From contig CM000435.1 of the NCBI GenBank assembly GCA_000165345.1, positions 384,001 through 448,000 of the forward strand: a stretch of DNA of 64,000 nucleotides. The letters are read 5' to 3'. This document shows positions 50,829-60,238 of this stretch, piece by piece. The notes under the pieces are model-generated. The model ran no database searches, was not told the DNA's origin, and saw nothing but the letters and a program-made list of their open reading frames with translations. The translations under genes were made by a program, and so were the position numbers. Every line of letters begins with the position of its first letter. The stretch's first letter is position 1.

Positions 50829-52035
50829 TCAATCATCTTGATCATACTTAAGTTCTTTGGTTGACGCCTTCTTTTTCCATTTCATCCCATGAGAGCAATA
50901 ATCTCTAATATTACATTCTTGACACTATAGACATTTGTAATCGTTAATTTCCTCAATGATTGTAGAAGTATTCTTACCTTTGGATTTATTGGTTTACAGA
51001 TAGTTTGGCCATAGCCAACAAAAACTTTGTTAATATCGTTCCAATATATCCTAATCACGTATTTTCAAATTGAAGTTTCGAAAGTAGTTTATAATCTGAA
51101 AATCACCATTCCCAGGATTTCAACTTACCTTGGAAGCATCTTTTCCATCTCTTTGGATGTTTCAATAGGGTTTTTTGTTTTTACCCAACCAATTCTATTG
51201 AAAATACGATGCATATGAGTATCTACAGAAATCCCAACAACTATTCCAAACCCCTAACAAATAATTTTAATGAATATATCAAAGTAATATATCATAAAAA
51301 TCTTGGATCTTTAATGGTAGATTAACTTACAATCTGTAAAATTAAATTTGCCATTTTTGGTCCAATACCTGGTAACATTACAAGCTGTTCGTATTTTTCA
51401 GGAACTTTACCAGAATAATTCTGAATAATGATTCTGGATATTTCTTTCAAATTCTTCGCTTTAGTATTGTAGAATCCAACTCCATATAACATATCTCTTA
51501 ATGAATCAACCGACTGATTATTAATAAATTCAGGACTTAAACCATTATCAATTAGTCTATTCATACAAGCAGCAGTAACTTCATCTTTTGTTTGGCTGGA
51601 AAGAAAGGCTGCTACAAGGACATGAAATCTCTAAATTTGCGAGTTAGTAAAGTCCTTTTTTGAAATCTCAATCTCGTAATTCCTTCCCTCTCACTTACCC
51701 ATGTATCCTCTGGAAGATTCCTGTTTGCTAAATTGATAAATAATAAGTTAAAAACCATCCATTTTCCAACTTTATTTGGTTTACTTACCAAAAGAGCAAC
51801 AACCAAAATTGTCGACCGGTGCCAAATTCTGAAGAAATGTTATGCCAAGTTAATTTATTGGATTGAAAGAATTCATTTATCAAACTACCTTTTCTCTGGA
51901 TGCATTCACCTCTGATAAAAATTATCAATAATTAACACCAAATCCATATTTTCCCTAAACTTTACCTTTCCAAATAATATCGAAATTCTGAAGAGAACGA
52001 CACTCTGCATCCTCTCTTTTAATTTTTCTGGCCAT
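50829..52035 (-). CDS. NTH1: Endonuclease III (Nth) DNA glycosylase/AP lyase. Seven-exon model: 52035..51966, 51909..51789, 51720..51699, 51630..51331, 51253..51129, 51050..50978, 50924..50829.
   Basis: Exon 4 reads [21 protein letters not shown]...[18 protein letters not shown], the HhH block. Exon 5 reads [17 protein letters not shown], the catalytic Asp region. Exons 6 and 7 read [15 protein letters not shown] | [10 protein letters not shown], a C-x6-C-x2-C-x5-C 4Fe-4S ligand set completed across an intron. All donors are GTAAGT or GTAAGA, except the exon-1 donor, which is GTAAAG. The 5' exons 1-3, including a 22-bp micro-exon, are less certain. Confidence 0.6.
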
Positions 52036-52357
52036 AAATTAATCTTTTATTTTGTGAACTCTCCTGAAATTAAAATAATTTGTTAATAATAAAAAAAAAA
52101 AGAGATGATAAAGTTGATTTGGAAACATGTTTTGAATTCATTTGTTATAAGCGGGACAAATATATATTATATTTATATATATATAAATTATATTTAGTAT
52201 TAACCATGGTCTATTAAGTTGGATCTAAGAATTAGTATGTAAATTGGTTGTGATCATTCTCAAGCTTGTACTTTTATTCTGAGATTTATATTCAACTTTT
52301 GTTATTGCAGAGGATCCAAAATATATTGAATTGAAACATACATGGATTTGAAATAAT

Positions 52358-55300
52358 TTAGGCCAAAACCTTATCGGTATCAAATCTATGACTGCATTGA
52401 GCCTGGCAAGCTTTGACAACTATTCCTTGGATATCCTTTTGCACTCCATCGAATGCACTATTGCAACATAAATCACAAACCTCAATTTTGCACTTTTGAT
52501 CAGTTTCTGTACAAATGTCAAAGGCTTTACTAGTTCCAGAAATACATGTAGCGAGCTGATTAATGTATTCCTTTGTTGAATTTTCAGCATAGCTATCATT
52601 AATTGAACAAGCACTCTTGCATGAATTATAGTATGTTCTGTCTGTAATCATATTTGTGTAGTAATCGCAACATTCAGTACAGTAGTTATTAGTACAAGTG
52701 ACCGACTTTTGTGAATTAGATCCAAACATAGTTTCACAATGTTGTTCTCTCTGCAAAATATGAGTGTTCAAAGTACAAGATTTATAGATAGAATCAGTTT
52801 TCTCTTTATCTGTAGAATTTTCGACATCTTTATTGGAGTCAACTCTGAAAGGCTCAAGAGAGACTTTATCAAAGGCTGTTTCAGAACAGTTTTTGACACT
52901 AAGTCCTACTCTACCATGTGAGACTTGAGTATCTTTTTCGGTGACCTTAATAATCTCCTTAGTATTTCCATTGTACTTTGTTGAGTAAACATAGATTGTT
53001 GTACCTTCAAAGTTTACAAGAATACGATTCCATTCATTTTGTGTGAAACCAAACATGACCTTCTTTAACAGAGTAGTTTTAGCTTTAGTTTTCTTAACCA
53101 AAGTTGTGGATGTGTTTGAAACAATAACCTGATAATAATTGTCATTGTCAGTATATCTGAAAATTCCGGATACCTTTCCATTAGAACAAGGTGGATTAAA
53201 ATCGAAGGAGAAATAACCATTTTTGCAAGTATGAGTTTCTTTTAAGAGTATTCTAGATTCACCAGATGTCTTGACAACCATTGCATTGGTTCTTCCCTTG
53301 TATTCCTTAATATATTCCCAGTTACCATTAACATCGTTATTTTTAACAATATCATAAGTTGTCTCAAATGTTGATAAGTAACATTGTTTATAATTTGAGC
53401 ATCTTGGAGATCTTGGAGCTGGTGACATGAAGAATTTTTTGCAAGATTTGGCCTTAATTGAAACATTATCAAAGTATACGCCGCCAACGACTCCATTTGA
53501 ATAGAATGCAACAGTACCTGAAAGTAAGCCTTCATCTACAACTTGAAGTTTAACATGTCCAATCTTTGCGTAAATTCTATCTCTTTGTACTGTAATCTCT
53601 ACTTTTTGGAACTCTCCTTCTTTGAATTTGAAATCTTCTTTTGTATCTAAAATGTAAGTAATACCTTCTTTAAGTCTTAATAGTCTAATTCTCTCTTCTT
53701 CTTGGTTGAACTCAAGCAAATAGTAATTAGATAAGTCTCTAACTCTAAATGCAATACCAAAAATACCTGAGACTGGTGGATAGACTTCAGTAGTTAATGT
53801 AAAATCAAAGAATCTTCTGTTCTTAATTTGTGCAAAGGTTCCTCTTGGTGAATGTTCCGATGAACCAGTGATTGGAGAATTCTGTCCAAGCAACTTAGTT
53901 CTTCCATTAATTGCTGTGGTTGTATAACCCCAATCACTTGGTCCTCTTTGGGTTCTTGGCATATCATATACGGAAAATGTTTGTTCAAATGGCATTTTCT
54001 GTGTGTCTAATGTGAAACTTTGGAATCCAGTTTGTGAAGAGTGAATTGCTTCGACGTCGTCTAATTTATCAAGAAGTTCCTTAGTTATTGATTTATATAC
54101 ACCAGTAACCTTTAATAGTTCGTTTGCAATATGATCGACATTGTCAACAACATCCATTATCTTTGGTGATTGTGATTTTGTTAACATTTCTGCTGGCTTT
54201 AGTTTTCTTCTCATCTCTAATATTGCCATCTTTGACTCTTCTTGAGTTGCAAAACTTAAAGATGGATCCACACCATATGACTCATCAATATATTGTGAAG
54301 CTTCCTTCAAAATTTTACTAATGAAAGGCTCATTTGTTTTTCCTTCCCATAAATCTGTTTTGATAACTGGAGTGGAGACTTTAACTGGATTTTGTAATTT
54401 TTGTCCTTGTTTTGCCTGTTGATTTAGAGTTGTAGCGGTAGAGAGTTGATGTAGATCATTTCCTCCCTTTGAAATAACATCAATTGGACATTCCTTTGAA
54501 ATAGTACTAATTCTTAAACTTCTAGTTGGAATGCCTGATAATTTTTCTGACTCAATTTCATTCTTAGTTGATCCTTCGTATGAATTCTTTGGACCTTCCA
54601 AAGCTACATTGAACATTCCTCCTGTATTTGTAGAAATTACTCCAACTTGTAAAGCAGCTTTGCAAATTGAACTTTTTTCTGAGTAAACACCATCGCTTCC
54701 ATAAACCTTGGTTTTATACTCTGCACAACCTGGTGGGCATTGTACAATGATGTTTGTGTTAATTGGTCCTTCGAATATTGGATTTTTATATGCAACAGTG
54801 TCACAATCAATATCAACGTGATTAATTTGTTTTTGAGTTGGTACCACATTTGTTGAACAAACAATTCCAACAATATTTGAATTTTTTAAGTTGAAGAAAC
54901 TTAAATAATTTTCACTGAATCCAAGTCCTACAGCATCGTTTCCAAATAATGTTGTAGCAGTAGATTCTGGAGATGCCAAAGAGAGAACCAAGCTGGTCAG
55001 ATCTGTTGTTCCATCTCTTAAATCTTGATATGATCCTGTGCACTTTCCATCTAAACAACCATAATCAACAGCCAATGGAATACCGCTACCTTCAGATAAT
55101 TTGAATCCCATAATTCCTAATGCGCTCTTGATTCCAGAAATTTGTTCAATATTTCTAAGTACTAATGGCTCCATTCCAACATGTGCACAGTACTTTCTTA
55201 TATCTGAAACAGATGTAACTGAAATATATGATCCTGGATTTCCACCATCATTCCAAATATAATATGATGCTCCAAACTTAATATCACACCATACTCGAAT

Positions 55301-57028
55301 AGGTTCTGGAGCACATCTTGGTAATATCCAGTAGAAACCAGAAATTGCATTTGGATTTCTTGAAGCAATTGAAAAACAATCTTCTGCTGGGAGATTTGGC
55401 TCATCCCCCGGCTCATTTCCAACTCCAACAGAAATTTCGTCCTTAACTGCTCCTAAACCTTCTTTTAATTGTTTAGCATTTGAAATATAATCTTCTAAAC
55501 GGGATACATATTCTTTCTTATCAGTAAAACATTCATCAATCGATGGAAGCAAAGTATTAACTCTATCATTTAACACTCCAAGGTTTTTTGTTCTGGACAA
55601 AACATCTCTAGCTGCGCTCTTTACCATTTCAGATGCCTTAGAATTAAAATCTTCTACATAATTCAAAAAGTATTTATCTCTTGCATCTTTTGATAAGGCA
55701 GCATCTCTACAGAATGAAACCACAGATCTTAAATTATTTGTCATTAATTCAATTTCTCTAATACCATACAAATATTTGTTGGAGTATTTACCATATCTTG
55801 GATGTGGCTTTTCCATGACAATCTGAATGAAATCTGAAATTACTCCGTTCATCTCATTCAATGTTGTATTTGATGGATTACCCTCAACCTTTGTAATCTG
55901 TTTCATTTCGCCATCTACCTTTGCTGCGATAGAATAAGTAAATGGAGGAAATTCCCAATCAATTCTTAAATTTTTAAGTTGATAAGTCATATTAGCTGAC
56001 AAATTGATTGAAACCTTGTGTTCACCAGTACTTTCAAAAGCTGCTGATGCCCAATATGTCGCTATATCACTATCTATTGCTGCATCCACTGTATGTAATG
56101 CATCCATTGTGGAAGAAGCTGTTCCACTCAATTCCAACTTTGTTGTTCCAACTCCGAAACCTGCCTTGTTTATTTGATTAACACATGCATTTGTTCCTTT
56201 AACCTGTAATTGAGAATTTTCATTAAACTCCCAGAATGATCGACCATCTTCAGCCTGTTCTGCAATTTCACAATCTTGAATAAGCAAAGGAGAAGATCCA
56301 CTGAAGTCGCCATTTGCTACGATCAAACATTTTGGAGGATTACTTGCTGCACTGATTATTTGCCCATTTGGCCCCATTTTCCATAATTCTCTTCCATCCC
56401 CTGCAGAAATACCATATACACATGAATCTAAATCTACTTGAGCGAAGTCATCCTGAACTCTACCTCCAATGACCTGTAAGCAGTTGTCCCCTTTCTCGTC
56501 TGTAATTCCCGATATAATCATCGCTAATGGAGAACCTGATCCAAGAGCAACCAGCTGTCTAATACCAATATATTGGCTTGGCTTTGCCTTCATTTGGATT
56601 TTCACTGCTCTCACATCTCTTGAATGGTCGAACATGAAGTCTTCAGTAAATTCCTTCTCGTTCTGAGTTGCTCTTCTATTTGGAACTACAATTTCATAAT
56701 TAATTCCATCAGGAGAAACCTGGATTTGAGTTTCTCTTGGACTTGAGCTCCAAACTATTTTCAAACCAATTGCTTTTGCTGTTGCTGAGATAAAAGCTGT
56801 ATAAACAATTTGTTGTTCTGCTGAGAGGTTACTTGCGGACCTCCACTCGCTATTTCCCATATTCAATGCATTTGATGGGTCAAATTCTCCATTAAAACTG
56901 CTCCCTACTAAAGTTGAGCTAGAAATTGCCTTCTTGAAGAAGTAGTAGTTTGATTCACCATCTTTTGCAGTTACTATAAGAGAAATACTCAAAAATGCTA
57001 ACAAAAATGAAAATGTCTTCCACCTCAT
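52358..57028 (-). CDS. Secreted modular adhesin of the apicomplexan CCp/LAP (LCCL-domain) family. It resembles the 135-kDa Cryptosporidium antigen Cpa135 in size and architecture. Order of domains: signal peptide, discoidin/F5-8C, ricin B, discoidin, LCCL, ConA/levanase-like, Cys-rich tail.
   Basis: Signal peptide MRWKTFSFLLAFLSISLIVTA. Ricin B QxW repeats: DNCLQVIGG...ELWKMGPNGQI...SFWEFNENSQL. LCCL domain: CPPGCAEYKTKVYGSDGVYSEKSSICKAALQVGVIS. ConA-like block: FGIAFRVRDLSNYYLLEF...GTVAFYSNGVVGGVYFDNVSI. The C-terminal cysteine cluster follows. Intronless 4671-bp ORF. Confidence 0.8.
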   Translation of the reverse strand: MRWKTFSFLLAFLSISLIVTAKDGESNYYFFKKAISSSTLVGSSFNGEFDPSNALNMGNSEWRSASNLSAEQQIVYTAFISATAKAIGLKIVWSSSPRETQIQVSPDGINYEIVVPNRRATQNEKEFTEDFMFDHSRDVRAVKIQMKAKPSQYIGIRQLVALGSGSPLAMIISGITDEKGDNCLQVIGGRVQDDFAQVDLDSCVYGISAGDGRELWKMGPNGQIISAASNPPKCLIVANGDFSGSSPLLIQDCEIAEQAEDGRSFWEFNENSQLQVKGTNACVNQINKAGFGVGTTKLELSGTASSTMDALHTVDAAIDSDIATYWASAAFESTGEHKVSINLSANMTYQLKNLRIDWEFPPFTYSIAAKVDGEMKQITKVEGNPSNTTLNEMNGVISDFIQIVMEKPHPRYGKYSNKYLYGIREIELMTNNLRSVVSFCRDAALSKDARDKYFLNYVEDFNSKASEMVKSAARDVLSRTKNLGVLNDRVNTLLPSIDECFTDKKEYVSRLEDYISNAKQLKEGLGAVKDEISVGVGNEPGDEPNLPAEDCFSIASRNPNAISGFYWILPRCAPEPIRVWCDIKFGASYYIWNDGGNPGSYISVTSVSDIRKYCAHVGMEPLVLRNIEQISGIKSALGIMGFKLSEGSGIPLAVDYGCLDGKCTGSYQDLRDGTTDLTSLVLSLASPESTATTLFGNDAVGLGFSENYLSFFNLKNSNIVGIVCSTNVVPTQKQINHVDIDCDTVAYKNPIFEGPINTNIIVQCPPGCAEYKTKVYGSDGVYSEKSSICKAALQVGVISTNTGGMFNVALEGPKNSYEGSTKNEIESEKLSGIPTRSLRISTISKECPIDVISKGGNDLHQLSTATTLNQQAKQGQKLQNPVKVSTPVIKTDLWEGKTNEPFISKILKEASQYIDESYGVDPSLSFATQEESKMAILEMRRKLKPAEMLTKSQSPKIMDVVDNVDHIANELLKVTGVYKSITKELLDKLDDVEAIHSSQTGFQSFTLDTQKMPFEQTFSVYDMPRTQRGPSDWGYTTTAINGRTKLLGQNSPITGSSEHSPRGTFAQIKNRRFFDFTLTTEVYPPVSGIFGIAFRVRDLSNYYLLEFNQEEERIRLLRLKEGITYILDTKEDFKFKEGEFQKVEITVQRDRIYAKIGHVKLQVVDEGLLSGTVAFYSNGVVGGVYFDNVSIKAKSCKKFFMSPAPRSPRCSNYKQCYLSTFETTYDIVKNNDVNGNWEYIKEYKGRTNAMVVKTSGESRILLKETHTCKNGYFSFDFNPPCSNGKVSGIFRYTDNDNYYQVIVSNTSTTLVKKTKAKTTLLKKVMFGFTQNEWNRILVNFEGTTIYVYSTKYNGNTKEIIKVTEKDTQVSHGRVGLSVKNCSETAFDKVSLEPFRVDSNKDVENSTDKEKTDSIYKSCTLNTHILQREQHCETMFGSNSQKSVTCTNNYCTECCDYYTNMITDRTYYNSCKSACSINDSYAENSTKEYINQLATCISGTSKAFDICTETDQKCKIEVCDLCCNSAFDGVQKDIQGIVVKACQAQCSHRFDTDKVLA

Positions 57029-57195
57029 CGTATTCCAATTAATACTTCCCTTTTCTACTAAAATAATGATTTAAAATTACTTGTGTTATTAACACAATAA
57101 AATTTTAAAAATCATTCAACTTTTTTCCAAGTTCTCAGTTAATAACTGCCAGAATTTTTTTTTTGGGTTTTATTTTCACAACGGTATAGGAAAAC

Positions 57196-57222
57196 TGCGC
57201 ATGTGCATGCAAATCCCCACCG
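57196..57222. promoter_or_regulatory. TGCATGCAAA motif plus an ACCGGTA element about 170-190 bp upstream of the adhesin ATG.
   Basis: gcgcatgtgcatgcaaatccccaccggtattag. Confidence 0.4.
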
Positions 57223-57432
57223 GTATTAGAAATAATAAAAAAACTATTTTCAGTTTTTATTTTACATGTAATATAATTAAATTTATAATTATAGCTAAAA
57301 TCCTAAAGTTATAATTTATTCATCAAAAAATGATATATTAGGTGAGGTTGGAATTTTTTTTTCTTTACGAAAAAAAAATTTATTATTAATAATTTGAACT
57401 CTAATAGTAATAGATGATCTTCAAATTATTAA

Positions 57433-58788
57433 TTAGGTATTTTGTGGGATTTCTTTGTATTCAGCTTCTCTCTTGATTTCATCATATGAATTATTGAGAC
57501 TTTCAGTGTAATTTGAAATTTCATTATTTCGATCAAAAAAACTTCCCCTACTTTGCTTCTTCTTAGGATACCCATCTACACTCTTTGATCTCTTTCTTTC
57601 CTTTTTACAGCTATTTTTCTTCTTTTCGTTCTTCGAATTAGTTAAAATTGGCGTTGCATTTGCCTTAGTTTCATCTTGATTTTTTGAGATATTAGCTTCT
57701 ATAGATTTCTTTAAAGCTTCCCTTTGGAATATATGAGACCACAAAGCTCGATATTCCTCATCTCTAGTACAGCCTGGACAATACCAAGTCTTTTGTGGTT
57801 CATTAATTATCTTTAAACATAGAAAATGAAACCAAACACCATAAATACATTGATTTCCAGATTCACATCTAATCATATTGTCTAGTACAGGTTGTTTACA
57901 GAAACAAAATTTGGATGTTTCATCAGAAATAGAGTGAAAATCATTTACCTCAATTTTTGGACTACCAGCTTGAACTGTACAGACTTCTTCCTCAAGAACT
58001 TTTGCTTGAATACGTTTACTTTTGCGGACTTTTAAAGAATTTGAATTCTTTTGTAAATCATTCGACTTCACAGTATCATGATTTGAACTCTCATTAGATA
58101 AATTAACTTTTTGAAGCTTCATAAATGCTTCGCTAATATTATTTCGAAGCAAATTTGTCATTTCAAGTTCATCCTTTGCCCATTGCATTTCAATTGAAGC
58201 ACAATTTTCAATCATCATAGTGATATACCTCAAAATGCTGATGTAAGATCTCAGTTTATACTTCTTTTGCTCGACAGAATCAATTTCAGACACTTCCTCA
58301 ATACTGAATCCGTGATTTCTCTGTCTTTTAGAGTCTTTAGTTAAAACACATTCTTGGAATTGCTGTTCCAAATTCCACATAATTCTTGAAATATCATCTT
58401 CAATATACTCAATACATAACTTTGTATTATATTGAAGCCTTTGGCTTCTACAATTAGGAATTTGTGAGTCAAAGAAGTTAACTCCTTGATTATTAAATTC
58501 CGAATTATCCAGGTAATCTGGAGTAACATCTTCTTTCTCACTCTCCACAACATTCCCGGGAACAGTTTTAACTGAATTCGGAAAACCAGTTGTTATATTA
58601 TTTGAATAAAACTCTGTTTGATATACAGGTTCTTTCTTTTCTTGGTCTTCTGGGGAATACCAACTTGATGAGAACATATAGGGGTAACTGTGGTCTTGAT
58701 TCAACCCCGGTAAATCCGAGAAATCACCTGGGCATCCCCAGGAATGATCCCAGTCACTTTCATCGGACGAAATTGAGGAATCTGACAT
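57433..58788 (-). CDS. ING/Yng-type PHD-finger protein, a candidate H3K4me3 reader.
   Basis: C4HC3 finger of ING type: CFCKQPVLDNMIRCESGNQCIYGVWFHFLCLKIINEPQKTWYCPGC. Compare the ING consensus YCxCxxxSxGxMIxCDxxxCxxxWFHxxCVxLxxxPKGxWxCxxC. A polybasic K/R tail follows, as in ING proteins. Confidence 0.6.
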   Translation of the reverse strand: MSDSSISSDESDWDHSWGCPGDFSDLPGLNQDHSYPYMFSSSWYSPEDQEKKEPVYQTEFYSNNITTGFPNSVKTVPGNVVESEKEDVTPDYLDNSEFNNQGVNFFDSQIPNCRSQRLQYNTKLCIEYIEDDISRIMWNLEQQFQECVLTKDSKRQRNHGFSIEEVSEIDSVEQKKYKLRSYISILRYITMMIENCASIEMQWAKDELEMTNLLRNNISEAFMKLQKVNLSNESSNHDTVKSNDLQKNSNSLKVRKSKRIQAKVLEEEVCTVQAGSPKIEVNDFHSISDETSKFCFCKQPVLDNMIRCESGNQCIYGVWFHFLCLKIINEPQKTWYCPGCTRDEEYRALWSHIFQREALKKSIEANISKNQDETKANATPILTNSKNEKKKNSCKKERKRSKSVDGYPKKKQSRGSFFDRNNEISNYTESLNNSYDEIKREAEYKEIPQNT

Positions 58789-58871
58789 AAAAATAGATTA
58801 TTATTCCATCACAAGTTTTACAAAGGAAATATATAAAAATATTGAAAATGGCGGCAAGCCCGAAAATCTTA

Positions 58872-60089
58872 TTAAATATTAGTACATTTTGAGAATCTAC
58901 ATGTTTGTTTACAACATCTGAAACCCCATTTTTTGGCCTCCAAATCGTAATAAGAGCCCCAAACTTGGGTGTGATTCGATATATATTCGTCTTCAACGTA
59001 AATTGAAGACACAAATTTTTTTGTGGTTTTTGTATTCATGCTACTAAGGTCGCCAACTGTTGTTGGCCTTTCAGTTAACTCTAACTTTGAGATGCTGGGC
59101 TGGTTATTTCTTTCATACTTTCTGGAAATTTCTTCTAGCTTCTTGAGATTGTCATTATCTTTGTTTGATATACTTGATTTATATAACATTTCTGATCTGG
59201 TCGGTAGTGCTTGTAGGTGTATACTTTCCCCTTGTTTATGTTTATTATATGCAAATGCTTCCATGAGGAGTATCTTTGACACTTCTCCAGAATTCCTAAT
59301 TGCGTTGTCTCCCCTATAGGTATTGCCAATATTTGAAGATTTGTGAAATGGATCTTCTCTCATCGATCTGCTTTTTGGGTCATAAAAAGCAGAGTTGAGG
59401 TCCAAATTACGCAAGTACTTTGCAGTATCTTCTCTAATTCTCAAATTCCTTACATTTGTCCTGGTTTTATCTGAAGAGGCACCAAAAGTTGTTTCATCAA
59501 AGTCTCCCAACTTTAGCTCATCCTTCTCATCTAATTCTTCATTCTTATCTTCAGGGTTGTTCTTGTTATTTGACAAGGACTCCTCCACTTTTTTTGCTCT
59601 TTTTTGTCTGGCAAGTTCCTCCACTGCCTCAAATTGCTCTATTATCGGTTTGTAGTCCTCGGGTCTAAAACCTCTCCATCTATCTCTCTTTTCATCTAAA
59701 TTAGTTGTTTTTCTGATTTCTGGAATTATCTCGTCTGGGCAAATATCCAAGTTATTCCACTTAGCACCTACTTTCCTTGGACGTTCCAAACAATCACGTG
59801 CCTGGTGAGTCATGGAACCACAGTTTGTGCATGCTCCTTTCCTATATTTTACATGAGCCTCTCCGAGCACTCCCTTTTTTATACCACTATCCAAGTCAAT
59901 TCTTGCCTCATCTGCCCTAAGTCTTTGGTGCTCTAAGCTGCTTTCTTGCTGATTAATATACCAAGGAGCCTTAGCAATGAACTGGGGAATATGAGGATTT
60001 AAAGCATCATCCGATGTTGTATTGGCACCTCTAACGTCATCTCTACCAATCTCCTCCGTAGCCGAGTCATCTCTTTCGTCTAAGTTCAT
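58872..60089 (-). CDS. SLU7: Pre-mRNA splicing factor SLU7.
   Basis: NPHIPQFIAKAPWY. CCHC zinc knuckle CTNCGSMTHQARDC. C-terminal HTQVWGSYYDLEAKKWGFRCC. Confidence 0.8.
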   Translation of the reverse strand: MNLDERDDSATEEIGRDDVRGANTTSDDALNPHIPQFIAKAPWYINQQESSLEHQRLRADEARIDLDSGIKKGVLGEAHVKYRKGACTNCGSMTHQARDCLERPRKVGAKWNNLDICPDEIIPEIRKTTNLDEKRDRWRGFRPEDYKPIIEQFEAVEELARQKRAKKVEESLSNNKNNPEDKNEELDEKDELKLGDFDETTFGASSDKTRTNVRNLRIREDTAKYLRNLDLNSAFYDPKSRSMREDPFHKSSNIGNTYRGDNAIRNSGEVSKILLMEAFAYNKHKQGESIHLQALPTRSEMLYKSSISNKDNDNLKKLEEISRKYERNNQPSISKLELTERPTTVGDLSSMNTKTTKKFVSSIYVEDEYISNHTQVWGSYYDLEAKKWGFRCCKQTCRFSKCTNI

Positions 60090-60131
60090 TAAAAATTTTC
60101 AAGCCTTGGCATTACTCAATTTTCAAACAAC

Positions 60132-60143
60132 TTTGGCGCCAAG
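60132..60143. promoter_or_regulatory. E2F-like palindrome TTTGGCGCCAAG about 45 bp upstream of the SLU7 ATG.
   Basis: ctttggcgccaagttcac. Confidence 0.5.
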
Positions 60144-60238
60144 TTCACTGTCAAAATCTAGCATGCAAAGTCAAAACAAAAGCAGGATGAGGGGAACAAT
60201 TAGCTAGTTAATTAAAACGGGATTATAATGAAAAAAAA

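Noticed and set aside
53242-56666. Multiple small ORFs inside the adhesin gene.
   Set aside because: They are antisense or out-of-frame to a 4671-bp ORF with clear domain content.
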